Part shown: piece after piece, positions 12,745 to 23,723 of the stretch | Position numbering within the stretch: the stretch's first letter is position 1 | How the letters are laid out: every line of letters begins with the position of its first letter | Assembly (NCBI GenBank): GCA_023515795.1 | Contig: JALGPX010000064.1 | Location: 1-64,000 of the forward strand | Reading direction: 5' to 3' | DNA: 64,000 bases | Source: Amoeboaphelidium occidentale | Taxonomy: Eukaryota | Program-made: the position numbers and the translations under genes | Notes under the pieces: model-generated | The model's database searches: none | What the model was told of the DNA's origin: nothing | The model's input: the letters and a program-made list of their open reading frames with translations, nothing else

Positions 12745-15700
12745 TTATGGACTTGAGGCTTTCCTTGTAATAAGAGATTCTGCCTTCTCGATATTCTTGT
12801 CAAACCACCTCTTGAAACCGTGCTTCTTCAAGAATAGATATGCTTCCTTATCAAACTTCAGTGACTGTGCCTCAGTGTTAGAGCTCTGCTTATTGCTTAG
12901 AACACTGAATATAGATATAGCATCTACATTGAAATAATCAGGATTGCCGAAACCACCTCTCCTCGCAATCACGTTGAAAATCAATGATTTCTTCCAAGGA
13001 TTGAACTTCGGGACATCGTCAGTTTTAATTGTTGAAATTTCATTAAAGAACGGGTTCTTGGAAGGGGTTAATTCAGGTTGATCGTGAACCAGCGCTTGGA
13101 TATCATGTTTCAAATGTAAGACCTTTATAGGCCCTTGATTATCTTTTGCCTCTGCCGATTTGTCTAAAACGGTTCGTTCTTGCAACTGCAATACGAAAGA
13201 CGCACGTTGCTGATCTTTCTCTAGCTCTGCTACAATTTCTTGCATGGTAAAATCAGCATAAATTTTACGAGAAGGCCACGGTTTGTTTGAAACGCCAGCA
13301 ACTTGCTCCGACTCTGTAAAGTAATCGTCTTCTTTAGTTTTTTCAAAGGCTTTTATCAGCAACGACGTTTCAACAGGAAATAAGGCCGTTACGATCTGCT
13401 TGACCGGGCTTATGGATTTTTGTAAACCTTTCAGATTCAGCATTTCACCTCTACCTTCTAAAGCCTCCGAGAACAGCTGCACGATAACCTAATAATAAGA
13501 TAACGCCCACATAAATTACATTTTGATCTTCAAGTAACAAGGTTGTATCTTTCGTTTCAAATTTTCTTCCACTGTAAGCGTTCAAGACTACAATCGCTTC
13601 GTAAGCTTCCAAAAACTCTACATAGAAACACAAAAGCAAGTGCCTAGCTAGAGAATCATGTTCTGAGGTCTTTCCTTTCTCTTCCAACAAGGCCCTGTCT
13701 GCATAAACATTCATGAAGATTTCATCAATCAGTTTTTTTATGGGCGAACTAGAACATTGAAGAGTTGCACCAGTGATATCACCGCCACTATTTCTTTGGT
13801 AGAGACCATTGATGAAGTCATCCCGTAGTTCGACAAAAACGATATGCTTGGCCGTAAACTTCAGTAGCGTTATCAAAGATTGATTTAGAGTGTGTTGGCA
13901 TTTAAGGAAAATCTCCGAAACAGTCGAGCCAGAGTTTTTCTCCTCTACAGAATGATTAGATAGTTCAGAATCATTATAAGTAATAATTCCATTCATTATT
14001 GACAAGTTCTGATTAATAATACTTTCAATAGCCGCAAGTTTTTCTTTGAGGAAGCAAATATTGTTAATTCTGATGAAAAGCTTGTCCAAAAATCCTAAAA
14101 CTGTTAAACATGATCACGAATTCAAACCTGAAGGCGTCTTGAGGTCACTTTTGATCTTGATTTTGCGAGGAAGCTCAAAGTCACCGCGGTTGACATCTAT
14201 CTTCCATGATGATGATGTGATAATTTGAGCGTAATAACTAATTCCAGATACAATACACGAACAGAATCCGTTAATATTCTCGATTAGCAAATCTGTACAT
14301 CCTCTCAACAAAGAACCAATTGCAGATCTCTTATCAACAAGGCCAACATCACATTCTTTCGGAGAACATGGAAGGGAGAAGTAAATGTCCACCAATGTTT
14401 TGATATACTGAAAGATATCGGTAGGCGAAGATGAAATCCCATAAGAGCTATTCTCAACCTTTTCTCCATCACTTGATAAGATCTTGAAAATGACTGACTG
14501 TACATCTGCCAATGTATCTTTAAGCCATGGAACAAATAAAGGCTTTGCGATGCTCCTTACATCTATAAGTGGAATTCCTTCACGCCTAGTTGATTTCCAA
14601 TAATCGACACCGAGCAAAGATGTTGAAATGCTGTAAATATCCCCATTTAAGCAATTTATGTCTTTCAGAGCAAGAATTAAAGGCTGATCCAGAGTTCTTT
14701 TCGTAGAGCCTTGATTAGCAAAAGGATCGAAAATAATGGCCACTTCTGCTCTTAGCTGAACGAGTTGAGGTTCCAAAAGTGTAACAAAGACATCGTGTTT
14801 GCTGAGATATTTCGATACTGAGGGAATAATAACATTCTTGCTCAATTTGAGAAAGTTTCTAAAATCATCTCTCTTTGCATCGAACTGTGCCATGCAAAAT
14901 CCTACTTAAATAAGCATTATAGATTAATCTTACCAGAACCAGCAGAAAGTAATGGAGTCGATATTTGAGTCACTTTCTTTTTGTACATCATAAAGTAGTT
15001 TTCGNNNNNNNNNNNNNNNNNNCGAACTGTGCCATGCAAAATCCTACTTAAATAAGCATTATAGATTAGTCTTACCAGAACCAGCAGAAAGTAATGGAGT
15101 CGATATTTGAGTCACTTTCTTTTTGTACATCATAAAGTAGTTTTCGTGAAACTTTCGTAATGAATTGTTGATCGGTTGGACGAGTTGGTGTCTATGATGT
15201 TAGACATTACTAACAAAAAATACTTGGCTGGCAAGGGCAATTTTGAATGATCTCGAAGAGTTTCTTTGAACCCAAACAGATAAGCTGAAGTCTTGAAGAA
15301 GCATCGGAAAGTCAAATCAAAGTTTTCCACATCAGACAATCCAAATGCGGTAAAACTATTCTCCAGACACAAGGCCAGCCAACAATGTAATTTCAGAATT
15401 AAAAGAGTTACTCCAGAAGAGTTATTGACTTCCATCACACAAACTTCGTTCAACAGGCCATCTGCAATGTTACTGTAGTTTCCGGCACAATGGAAATAGC
15501 CGCCAAGAAGTCGATCGGCATAAATTGAAAATAGCCTAAACATAAGACAAAGTTTTGAGAAATTACGCTATTTGGAGATATTTTTTCCGAATGAGTTTGT
15601 TATCTGATTTTCCCGAAGTGGAATCAACCTTCTGTTCTGGGCCTATGATCCAATTCCGATAGCACTCAAAAAGGTAATACGTATCATCGCTCGTTAAAGA

Positions 15701-16729
15701 GATACTGATTTCCCCCGGGGAATAGACGCGGTTCCATAGATCATTAAAGTCGTGATTATCAGAGTCCAGCATGGAACCGACCACACACTGTGTCATCAGC
15801 AATACCGCAGAGTTAAACGGTTCAATTTTTTGAGCCTGCAGTAATTTTTGAGCGGCCTCCAAATGAATGCTTTCTGCGCTGAAGATATCTTTAATCTGTT
15901 CCAAAGTCTTTAACAGACCCGTTTCAGTCTGATTATTTGCAAAATCATGGATGATTGCATATTGAGCTTTCTTCCAGTATTTGTAATCTTCTTCAGAACT
16001 AAAATGAGTTTCATTTACCTTTTGTAGCAGAGAGACTTTAATATCAATAATGTTCAACAATTGCTTGTAATCGAGCAAAGTTAATAATGACTTGATTGAA
16101 TTATGCTTCTTCTTCGATATGCCAAGAGATGGTCGTGCTACATCATCTACGATAGTTAAAAGCCGCGATGATCCCATGGTTTTGTCGTAGAATACGGCCA
16201 AGTACAGCAAACTTTCATACACACAATATTTCAATAGTTCACCTTCCTTTTGAAGTATCAGATCTGGAATACCCTTCTGCGTCTTCATCGCATCATATCT
16301 CACTTCGACAGCTTTCTTCATATTATCTTTTGTTAATTCCACAGGAGAATCATCAACGCATAAGTCATTTCTTAAAGATTTTTCAGTAGTTTCAATTATG
16401 GGAGCTCTTTCCGCCAGCTTATCATTATCAGCTGTTGAAGGGACATTAAAGGCAGAAACTCCACTATTCCTGGGAGGCAAGGCAGGCCTCGAAACAACCC
16501 CAGATCCATTCACAGGCAATATCACTTCATTATCATTCCTTAATTGGTACAAAAACATCGTGACGTCCATCTTATCAAAGTTGATCACCTTCTTTAACTC
16601 TTCAATACCTTCCGGCACAGGCTTCAAAGCTTGAGTAACATGATCCCGAAGTATAATTTTCTTTTTACCCACAATGCCCTCCAAAATAAACCACAAAAGC
16701 GCTTTCCTATCCGCCTGGAGTGCGTCCAT
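12745..16729 (-). CDS. Large multi-exon helical protein with a probable MUN/Munc13-homology domain
   Basis: Five consecutive minus-strand ORFs joined by short introns; LFVPWL...SSSPTDIF...RINNI resembles MHD1; N-gap overlap at 15005-15022. Confidence 0.55.
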
Positions 16730-16827
16730 CGATCGCAACCACTTCGAAGAAATCAACACAAGCGGTTTCGTTGTTTGCGGAACGTTTCGACTCAAAAGCT
16801 ATCTGTTTCTACAAAAGGATTTAAACA

Positions 16828-17952
16828 ATGTCGGTAGCTCAGCAGTCTACCTCGCCCCCTAAGAAGGGCTTCTATAATTCTGTGTTATTCGCTGTTATGT
16901 TTTACATGGGCACAAGCATCACAATGGTTTTGGCTAACAAATGGTTGCTGAAAGAGACCCCAGACATTCCGTTGACTCTTCTTTGGCTTCAAATAGTCGT
17001 CGCTGTGCTTTTAATCGCTGTAACTCATGCTTTCGGAATATTGAGCTTCAATGACACAGAAGCACCGGAAATTATAACATCGTCTTATTCAACCTCTGCG
17101 ATCTCGCGCAGCTTTCGGTCATTCTTCAAATCCCGTGTACCTCGAACGGAAGCAAGAATTTCTAAAAGTTTGGGCCCTTTAATTGCCGTTAATGTTGTTG
17201 GATTATCGTTGAATACCTTATGCTTGAAGTGGATTGATGCTTCAATGTATCAGGTTGCTAGATCACTGATTCTTCCGTTTACTGTGATATTTCAATACTT
17301 GTTTCTTAAGAACCCTTCTTCTATTGGAGTTATATTATCATGCGCAATCGTGTGTTGTGGATTCTTTGTTGGAATGATCTTTGGTGAAGGTTCTAATGAT
17401 CAAAGGCAAACTGATAATGGTGGTTCTTTCGTTGGTATTTTGTTTGGATTATTAAGTAGCATTACTACAGCTTTACACGCAATTATTATAAAATCTAGTA
17501 TGGATATTGTGAGAGGAAATACGATGGTCTTGGTATGGTACAATAATTTGTTGAGCGCTGTGTTCTTACTGCCCATCATAATATTCTCTGGTGAAATTAT
17601 AAGTGTTTACAAGATGTTTGGAAGCGATACTGTTAACTGGTCTTCTCTGTTACTCGGCACAATTGTTACAGGAGTGTTTGGATTCTTGATCAACATTGCA
17701 GGTTTCTTGCAAATTAAAGTCACTTCTCCAATTACTCATATGATATCATCTGCTGTTAGGGGAGTTCTTCAAACTTTCTTGGCTGTGTGGCTATTCAGCG
17801 AGATATTGACGGCGAATCGTATGATGGGCATTGTTTTGATTCTAGGCGGGAGCAGCGCATACACGTGGCTGAAGAGTACTGAACATGCATCCAGCGCTGC
17901 AACACAGAAAAGCTCTTCCGTTAATGAATTGAAAGTTTCAGTCGAAAAATAA
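16828..17952 (+). CDS. Nucleotide-sugar transporter (SLC35C1/GDP-fucose transporter-like)
   Basis: About 10 TM helices; ASMYQVARSLILPF and LQIKVTSPITHMISS motifs. Confidence 0.85.
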   Translation: MSVAQQSTSPPKKGFYNSVLFAVMFYMGTSITMVLANKWLLKETPDIPLTLLWLQIVVAVLLIAVTHAFGILSFNDTEAPEIITSSYSTSAISRSFRSFFKSRVPRTEARISKSLGPLIAVNVVGLSLNTLCLKWIDASMYQVARSLILPFTVIFQYLFLKNPSSIGVILSCAIVCCGFFVGMIFGEGSNDQRQTDNGGSFVGILFGLLSSITTALHAIIIKSSMDIVRGNTMVLVWYNNLLSAVFLLPIIIFSGEIISVYKMFGSDTVNWSSLLLGTIVTGVFGFLINIAGFLQIKVTSPITHMISSAVRGVLQTFLAVWLFSEILTANRMMGIVLILGGSSAYTWLKSTEHASSAATQKSSSVNELKVSVEK

Positions 17953-17970
17953 ACCTGTTTTCAAACTTTG

Positions 17971-18198
17971 ATGAAAGAGGATGACGAGTTTTGGAAAAGC
18001 ATTCCGGAATCTGCTTATCCTGCACTTTACGAGCGGATATGCGTAAGAAATGAGATTCCAAAGAAAAGGATACCTTTGTGGTTTATGGTAAAACTGCTGT
18101 GGGCCGCGTGGCAAACCGAAGATTGGTTTCCGAAGCCAACATCAAGCCCTCAGCCTCAACAGGAAAAAGAGGTTACGGAAACGGTAGATTTGGAATGA
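17971..18198 (+). CDS. Small hypothetical protein (75 aa)
   Basis: ATG ORF filling the space between two genes; no family recognised. Confidence 0.4.
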   Translation: MKEDDEFWKSIPESAYPALYERICVRNEIPKKRIPLWFMVKLLWAAWQTEDWFPKPTSSPQPQQEKEVTETVDLE

Positions 18199-18222
18199 TA
18201 TGATGACAAATGAAGAAGATGT

Positions 18223-19423
18223 CTATTGTTCCAGCTTCAAGTATTGCTCCACAGTCTTCATATCGCAAATCCACACGTCGTTATGCGGTCCTTTCAGATC
18301 CATGCCACCAATAATTACCAATACATCGTTGCCGCTGTCATCTTTTGTTATAGAAATGGTATGATCAACTCTTTCCGGGATGTTTTCAAGAGGAATCTGC
18401 AACCATTTGATATCAACTAGACATGATTAGCTTCAATAGATTGCGATTACCTGTATCGAATGCCCACAAGTCATTAAAGACTCTAACCTTTTTCTGAGAT
18501 GTGTCTAGACCGCCCGAAATGAAAAAGTATCGATCTCCGTAAGCGACACAGGAATGACCAGATCGTGCAGGCGGTTTCACAGCAAACCCGTCAACTTTCT
18601 CCCATGCATTCTGATCACAATGATAAACCCATAAATCATCAGGAAGTTTCTGATTTGCTTCAATTCCTCCGTGCAACCAAATCTTATCGCCAACTGTGAC
18701 GAATGAGTGACCGAATCGCGCAGATGGTCCGTTGCTTGTAACAAATCGTATCCAGCACTCATTAGCAATATCAAATATCCAAACGCAATTCTCTTGTACC
18801 GGGCAATGATCTAAAGAACCTCCGGAAAACATGAATAATCTTCCTTTGCTTCCTACATTAGGAACCAACGCCAAGCCATCATGCATTGTTCTTCCTTCAG
18901 GTACGTATTTACCTTTTGGTTCAATTCTAGTAAACGCGAGTGTCTTTAAAGAGAATTTGTAGAAGGATGCGTCCAAGACATTCTGTTGAACGGAGCCAGC
19001 ATACAAGGAAACTTGACCATTCGCTTCATCAAAAGCGCAGCCGTGCTCATACCTCACAGAAGGCCAGTCTTCTGCCAACTTGTTATCCAGTTTAATGCAT
19101 TCTCCGCTAAGAGTAATTATGTAAGCGTCGTTCATGGCTCCTTCTTTACTCGCTCCGAACAGTAACAGACCACAATTGACATCAGACTCCTCTGAAACTG
19201 TCGATATCTTCTGGAAATCGGATAATTTAGCTTTAAACCACGTGACGGAATGTCCACATCTCGGGGAGAATACGGAATCTTTACCAAAACTTAATTTCTG
19301 CATGAAATTGTCAAAGGCTTGGATGTCTCTGATGTTCGAATCAAAGAATACTTGATGATCGCGCACTTTGGGATGTTCAACGCCAAGACTCTCAGCCTGT
19401 AGAATTATCCCTAGACCCTTCAT
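18223..19423 (-). CDS. Kelch-repeat protein (RABEPK/p40-like); one intron near 18417-18450
   Basis: Kelch repeats (SPRCGHS, PSARFGHSF...WLHGG, PPARSGHSC...SGG); last exon carries a further repeat (VIIGG...NDVW) ending at TAG 18223-18225. Confidence 0.8.
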
Positions 19424-19648
19424 TTTCCCGAGTACAATGAGAATTATTTCAAGCCAAAACAGTGAGATCTTGAACCTTAACGATCAATCTTGATCCCAAA
19501 CGTCCAGGTTCCTGAAGAATCGAAAATAATTTTCAATGTAAAGAATAATCCATCCAATTGGCGGTTCTACTTAATCTCGGAATATTCCGGGGCTGCGCTT
19601 CAGCGTCGTTTCTCGACTTGTTTCTGTTTCGATTCACATCATCAAGAT

Positions 19649-20620
19649 ATGAGCGCAGAGAGTCCAAGCAACAAGATCACCATAAACTTTGGCAAAATTA
19701 AAAAGTCAAGAAATGATGATGAAGTTCAAAAGATCAAACTTATTCTGAGACCTCCATCTCCTTCATCGAATAAAGAAGGAACAAGATCATCGAAAAGAGT
19801 CAAATCCGAGGGACCAGATGGAGCATCAGTCAATAATCCCTCATCTGATGATATAAATGAAGATTACTATGAAAATTATAATGATCACAAAGAATCGGGC
19901 GTTGATCATCACAGCAGCCCTAACAGGAACCATCTGATGCCATCTCTGTCACCGCAACCACTAGAAAAGTCTATAGGTGATGATGAAGATGACGATGATA
20001 ATGGAGATGCAACATCTATTGAAGAATCTAAAGCAAATTTATTCATGAGTGGTACTGCAAGGCAGAACGATGATGAAACACCGTCGAAAGATCGAAGATT
20101 GAACATGGCCTTTCTTAAAACAGCAAATTACTCTTCAAACAGTCTGACACAAGAGGACCCTGGTACTCCTTTCAGCCCGAAATCTCCTGGAAGATTCTTT
20201 AGTATTGATAAGCGCAAGACTCATCCTGTCAGGGCAATACCTCAAGCTTCGTCTTTACAGCAACGCATCGAACATCAAATCATCCGGCTTGAATTTATTG
20301 ATGATAATTCGGAAGATCATTCATACTCAAACCAAGATGCATACCTCAAAACGCTTTTGACTCATTATCGCTCAAAGAATGATATTCACAGGATCAGGAT
20401 GAGACGAAGACATGAAAGGATCATGTCAAGAAACGTCGAGATGGAAAACGCTTACGAGCAAGAAAGTTTGAGTAGGTCAGCTAGAAGAGCAGCGAGAGGT
20501 TCTGTTGATTATTCATATGGCGATACAGAACCTGAAGTACAAGAGAGTCTACAACAACCTGTTAAAAAGAAGAGAGGTCGTGGAAGACCACCAAAAAATC
20601 CGCCGGTAGAGCAATACTAA
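19649..20620 (+). CDS. Low-complexity nuclear protein with C-terminal AT-hook
   Basis: KKKRGRGRPPK AT-hook/NLS; S/D/N-rich disorder. Confidence 0.65.
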   Translation: MSAESPSNKITINFGKIKKSRNDDEVQKIKLILRPPSPSSNKEGTRSSKRVKSEGPDGASVNNPSSDDINEDYYENYNDHKESGVDHHSSPNRNHLMPSLSPQPLEKSIGDDEDDDDNGDATSIEESKANLFMSGTARQNDDETPSKDRRLNMAFLKTANYSSNSLTQEDPGTPFSPKSPGRFFSIDKRKTHPVRAIPQASSLQQRIEHQIIRLEFIDDNSEDHSYSNQDAYLKTLLTHYRSKNDIHRIRMRRRHERIMSRNVEMENAYEQESLSRSARRAARGSVDYSYGDTEPEVQESLQQPVKKKRGRGRPPKNPPVEQY

Positions 20621-20774
20621 TACAAATCTAATAGATCTCATTCTAGTTTCATAGCAACTTTATATTGTTTGAGTTTGAATTTATGGCTTGAAACCATATG
20701 CTTCTCTGAGAGTAAGGTTGCCGCAAGCCGGCTTGTCAAGCCGACGCGCAGCATTCAAAAATAGATAGTAAAAA

Positions 20775-20890
20775 ACAAAAATTACCTGTTACCTTAACCT
20801 GATACTCCTATGAGTACCGATTCTGCGGTCTTGCGACTGGGTGTAGCCACCAGATTCTCCCGAAGGAGAGCTCACGATTTTGTAAACACT
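20775..20890 (-). ncRNA. Candidate Fanzor2 omegaRNA overlapping the ORF 3' end (second copy about 20977-21073)
   Basis: Minus-strand hairpins TCTCC-TTCG-GGAGA, GGTG-GCTA-CACC, GTC-GCAA-GAC and GGTACTC-ATAG-GAGTATC abut the putative element end; compensatory pair between the copies. Confidence 0.7.
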
Positions 20891-22940
20891 GGATTCCAAA
20901 ATCTTGATCATGATATTTCTTGCTGCATTCATGTCTCGATCAAACTTGAAGCCACATCTAAATGATTTGTTGCCANTTAACCTGATACTCCTGGAAGTAC
21001 CGATTCTGCGGTCTTGCGACTGGGTGAAGCCACCAGATCCTCCCGAAGGAGGGCTTATGATGTTGTAACCACTGGATTCCAAAATCTTGATCATGATATT
21101 TCTTGCTGCATTCATGTCTCGATCAAACTTGAAGCCACATCTAAATGATTTGTTGCCACCGAGTTTGTGGTTGATTCTCCCACATAACCCACAACACTTT
21201 GATGTGTACTCTTCAGTCACAACATGCACTACACAGTTTGGAGTTTGTTTTGCCTTCAGTAGCAAACGGTTTTTGAATTTGGAGTGTGACCAGTTTAGCA
21301 TGTTTCTTGCTATTTGGAATTAATTTTTCGATTAGCTTTCTTAACCATTCTGCTGACTTCAAACGTTGGTATCATTATTACATTATAGGATTTGGTCAGA
21401 TGACTTACCAACTTGCCATGTAGGTCGTCGACTAGATTCTTAATGCGCTGCCGATTCCTTTGAATTGCTGAATTCATACGTTGCCTTTTGGTCCTGTATG
21501 ATCGACCCTTTCGAAACTTAAATGCTTTGGAAATAAGTTTGTCCATGTTTAGACAGAGTTTAGCTAAACTTTGGAAGTATCCCTTTCCTACTTCCGTGAA
21601 AATGCCTTGGAGATCATNNNNNNNNNNNNNNNNNNGTCCTGTATGATCGACCCTTTCGAAACTTAAATGCTTTGGAAACAAGTGTGTCCATGTTTAGACA
21701 GAGTTTAGCTAAACTTTGGAAGTATCCCTTTCCTACTTCCGTGAAAATGCCTTGGAGATCATATAAAGTCTGGAAAGTGCGAACCCCAGGATCCAAAGCC
21801 ACAACATGATTCTGTGCTGGAGCCGGTTGCTGTTTGATTGTGTGTGAATGGAAAGCATATATAGAAGTTGTTCGGTTGTTTCCACTTGATAGTCAACATT
21901 CTTGTTACTTTATCTGGAAAATGGCCACTATCATGATCAGCAAGAATATCTTGAATGCGCCTGAATTCTTGTTCGGAATAGATTTCAATATCTCCAGGGA
22001 AGTTTCTAAAGGGCAGCTTCAAACCAAACTTCTTCTGTTCAGTTCCTTTGGTTGTATCCGTCTATTTCACCATTGTCAAACTGGAACCGTTTTGAGTAAA
22101 GCCGATCGAATGATTGCGATCCTTCTTTCGCTTATAACACATAGTGTAATTAAAGGATTTCCTTTGCGCCGGCAGTGTCTGTTTTGTTGCTTTGATAGAA
22201 GAAACCAATTCATGTGCAGTCTCTGCTTTGATTGAAACAAGACACCATGAGTTATCGTACCTCCAACTCCTTGTCTCCCTTTCAGCTTCGATGTCTCTGT
22301 TTTCTTTGTTTCTGCCAAGCAAAAAATCGCGTAAGGCATGCCAATTCTTCTTATGGTTGTGCTTGTAAATCAAATCCAAGCCTGCATTCTAAATCGCACT
22401 ACTAATTTCAAAGTATCGTTTGAGGCATTCTTTTTGATCAGAGCTCGGTTGAATTCTTACTCTTGCGGCATTGATTATCTGATCGCTTTGGAGTTCGGTC
22501 TTCATTCGTTTGTAAATTTTCTTTTGATGCTGAGACATGGTAGATTGAAATGGCTTGTTGGGTTTTGAAGGACCTGTTGATAGAGCAGCTCGTTGAAGAG
22601 TATGTGGTTCAGGTGGATCATCATGATCTTCGACATTGATTTGAAGTAAAGCCAACGGTTCATAACGATTTACGGAGCACCAAGACATGGATGAATGGGA
22701 GTGAAGTAATTAAGCCGCTGCTGCGCCAGATGGATGCGTGGCTCCTGAGTTGATGAAGAGCTTTTAGGAAAGAATCCTAGACTCTTCATTCCACAATGGC
22801 GCGTATTTCAACTGTTGCGCTTGTTTCGGTTGAGGAGTTGAAACAGGTTGTCTTGGAGCTGCTGTAGCTCTAGGAGTTCTCTTGCGAGTCTGATAAGGTT
22901 TGTGCTTTGGTTTCTTATGCGATCTTGTGATAACAGGCAT
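20789..22940 (-). pseudogene. Disrupted Fanzor2 (IS607-TnpB-like) endonuclease gene
   Basis: Reconstructed protein: PLWNEESRILS*KLF...SWCS N-terminal motif, ARVRIQPSSDQKECLKRYF (TnpB N-terminus), RuvC-I ALDPGVRTF, RIKNLVDDLH, IPTFE (RuvC-II), TEEYTSKCCGLCG, DRDMNAARNI. In-frame stops at 22764-66, 22710-12, 22389-91 and 22062-64; frameshifts near 21840 (AC repeat) and 21313 (A run). Confidence 0.9.
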
Positions 22941-23076
22941 TGCTTAACAAAGAAAATAGCAAAATTTTGTTGAAACGATCGGACCATAGGTTTTGATTCT
23001 GCCCAATAGCTTGGTAATTGATGTTACAATACGCATGAACATTAATCACACGATATGCGCATACGCTTAAGGTTAA
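20794..23076 (-). mobile_element. Non-autonomous Fanzor2 transposon with putative TTAA target-site duplication and CCT...AGG termini
   Basis: TTAA(20794-97)|CCT at the 3' end and AGG|TTAA(23073-76) about 132 nt upstream of the ATG; the contig after N20976 starts exactly at TTAACCT; no transposase inside. Confidence 0.55.
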
Positions 23077-23723
23077 AGTAGACCATCAATAACAATAAAT
23101 CTGTTTTAGTACGGAAAATTATTTAAGTTACTGTCGGTTTCATTTTTGTCGCAATTAGTCATGNTGGTTCAGGTGGATCATCATGATCTTCGACATTGAT
23201 TTGAAGTAAAGCCAACGGTTCATAACGATTTACGGAGCACCAAGACGTGGATGAATGGGAGTGAAGTAATTGAGCCGCTGCTGCGCCAGATGGATGCGTG
23301 GCTCCTGAGTTGATGAAGAGCTTTTAGGAAAGAATCCTAGACTCTTCATTCCACAATGGCGCGTATTTCAACTGTTGCGCTTGTTTCGGTTGAGGAGTTG
23401 AAACAGGTTGTCTTGGAGCTGCTGTAGCTCTAGGAGTTCTCTTGCGAGTCTGATAAGGTTTGTGCTTTGGTTTCTTATGCGATCTTGTGATAACAGGCAT
23501 TGCTTAATAAAGAAAATAGCAAAATTTTGTTGAAACGATCGGACCATAGGTTTTGATTCTGCCCAATAGCTTGGTAATTGATGTTACAATACGCATGAAC
23601 ATTAATCACACGATATGCGCATACGCTTAAGGTTAAAGTAGACCATTAATAACAATAAATCTGTTTTAGTACGGAAAATTATTTAAGTTACTGTCGGTTT
23701 CATTTTTGTCGCAATTAGTCATG
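22605..23723. repeat. 559-bp near-identical direct duplication across N23164 (probable assembly overlap)
   Basis: 22605-23163 vs 23165-23723 differ at only a few SNPs, including TAA vs CAA in the Fanzor frame. Confidence 0.85.

Noticed and set aside
20643..20752. Helitron 3' end (hairpin plus CTAG)
   Set aside because: The nearest CTAG (20643-46) is about 70 nt from the GC hairpin and not followed by T on the element strand; no Rep/helicase is present.
21300..21850. Programmed frameshifting or introns rescuing the Fanzor2 frame
   Set aside because: Shifts fall in an AC repeat and an A run with no GT-AG intron or slippery heptamer, and upstream nonsense codons are present anyway.
22062..22766. 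TAA/TAG-to-Gln recoding explaining the four in-frame Fanzor stops, as in Amoeboaphelidium protococcarum
   Set aside because: Host genes here end in TAA/TAG and have no internal TAR codons. The 22389 TAG sits at a position where Tyr is expected (YN motif), and two frameshifts coexist, so ordinary decay is simpler.
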